DNA from: an uncultured Lentisphaerales bacterium
GTDB lineage: Bacteria > Verrucomicrobiota > Lentisphaeria > JABSQK01 > UBA12247
Assembly (NCBI GenBank): GCA_943788985.1
Contig: CALSSJ010000046.1
Coordinates: 1-39,451 of the forward strand
Direction of reading: 5' to 3'
DNA: 39,451 nucleotides
In this document: positions 38,570-39,451 of the stretch, piece by piece
Position numbering within the stretch: the first letter of the stretch is position 1
Layout of the letters: every line of letters begins with the position of its first letter
Made by a program: the position numbers and the translations under genes
The notes under the pieces: generated by a model
What the model saw: the letters and a program-made list of their open reading frames with translations, nothing else
Told to the model about the DNA's origin: nothing
Database searches by the model: none

Positions 38570-39367
38570 TCAGGCACGCCAGACCAGTGGAAAGCTGTCA
38601 CCCTGCAGCTTTTCCCCATCTGCAATCCCCCCTATTAACTTCCTGCACAGGTGGTTGTCGCCAGCAGCGTTGTAGCAGGTCCTTTCCCCCATGAAATGGA
38701 TGGCGATGGCGCGGCGCGGGCGAGTACTGGTATTCGCGTGCGAGCCATGCCAGGTCAACCCGTGATGAAAATGGACTACACCCTTCGGGACCGGGCATAG
38801 CACTCGCTCTACGGTATGCCCCTCACACTGTACCGGTAAGTCATCAAAGTCCTTCATCGCATGCAAGGCATCAATCTGCTTGCCCCAGCGCTGAGACCCT
38901 GGCACCATACTCATGCAGCCATTGTCTTCGGCCGCATCATCCAGCGCCACCCAGGCAGTTACTTGGTGCGGCTCCGAAAGGATCGGCCAATAAGGCCAAT
39001 CTTGGTGCCAGGGGTTGCACCCGCCGCCAGCCGCCAGTTTGTACTGAATCTGGTCATGCCAGACGCGAATCTCCTGGGCCTCCAGTAGCTGCCCTGCAGC
39101 CTCAGCCAATTCCGGCATAAATGCCAATTCCCGAAAGCTGTCGCTGGCCAGCCAAATATTCACCACCTGCCAGATCGGCTGAGCATCCCCCCGCGCCAGA
39201 TTCGCGATGCTTGTCGGCTGCCGAGCACGCGCATCACCCCGCGACGCAAGCACGCGCGTCAAGGCTTCGCAAAGCCCATCCACCGCCGCTGCGCTCAATA
39301 TTCGAGGCCCTAAGACATAGCCATTTTCTTGAAATTGTTCCCGCTGCATACTGCTAAGAAGCGCCAT
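38570..39367 (-). CDS. Phytanoyl-CoA dioxygenase (PhyH) family Fe(II)/2-oxoglutarate oxygenase
   Basis: GGAG before ATG; QFQENGYV, PWHQDWPYW, AWVALDDAAEDNGCM, WHGSHANTS..PRRA. Confidence 0.92.
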   Translation of the reverse strand: MALLSSMQREQFQENGYVLGPRILSAAAVDGLCEALTRVLASRGDARARQPTSIANLARGDAQPIWQVVNIWLASDSFRELAFMPELAEAAGQLLEAQEIRVWHDQIQYKLAAGGGCNPWHQDWPYWPILSEPHQVTAWVALDDAAEDNGCMSMVPGSQRWGKQIDALHAMKDFDDLPVQCEGHTVERVLCPVPKGVVHFHHGLTWHGSHANTSTRPRRAIAIHFMGERTCYNAAGDNHLCRKLIGGIADGEKLQGDSFPLVWRA

Positions 39368-39451
39368 GGCCCTCTCCAGATTGTCTTTACATACGATTCA
39401 TAGATGATAGAATGCACGATAGAAAAAGAGATAACAAGCGCTGATTCTCTC

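Overview
This is a GC-rich bacterial chromosomal window. Gene content loosely suggests the PVC group (Lentisphaerae/Verrucomicrobia-like), but that is inference only. Many single-base frameshifts sit in or next to short G/C runs, most densely in the first ~4 kb, so this looks like an imperfectly polished long-read assembly and most broken genes are probably intact in vivo. Left part: Cys-type sulfatase, secreted ankyrin-repeat protein, a REP-like inverted repeat, EEP-family protein, PhyH dioxygenase, MYG1-like hydrolase, short DUF4184-like protein, GH10 xylanase and a decayed lipoprotein gene. Middle part: purF-dcd-ABC ATPase-xylulokinase-DUF445 on the + strand; on the - strand, a monosaccharide ABC operon with a perfect 16-bp upstream palindrome, monomeric icd, TPR lipoprotein, trxB, ilvE and a ~1430-aa exported protein. 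That protein joins a PIG-L/LmbE-like domain with degenerate metal-binding motifs, through a long Pro/Val/Glu linker, to a C-terminal LptA/OstA-like domain. Right part: a complete type I-C CRISPR-Cas locus (cas3-cas5c-cas8c with probable internal cas11-cas7c-cas4-cas1-cas2, leader, 33 repeats and 32 spacers) and a second PhyH gene. The two most notable observations are an abrupt change in CRISPR spacer length (older 14 spacers average ~36 nt, newer 18 average ~42.6 nt, maximum 48) and the pseudo-deacetylase/LptA fusion. All family calls come from motif recognition by eye, with no database searches.
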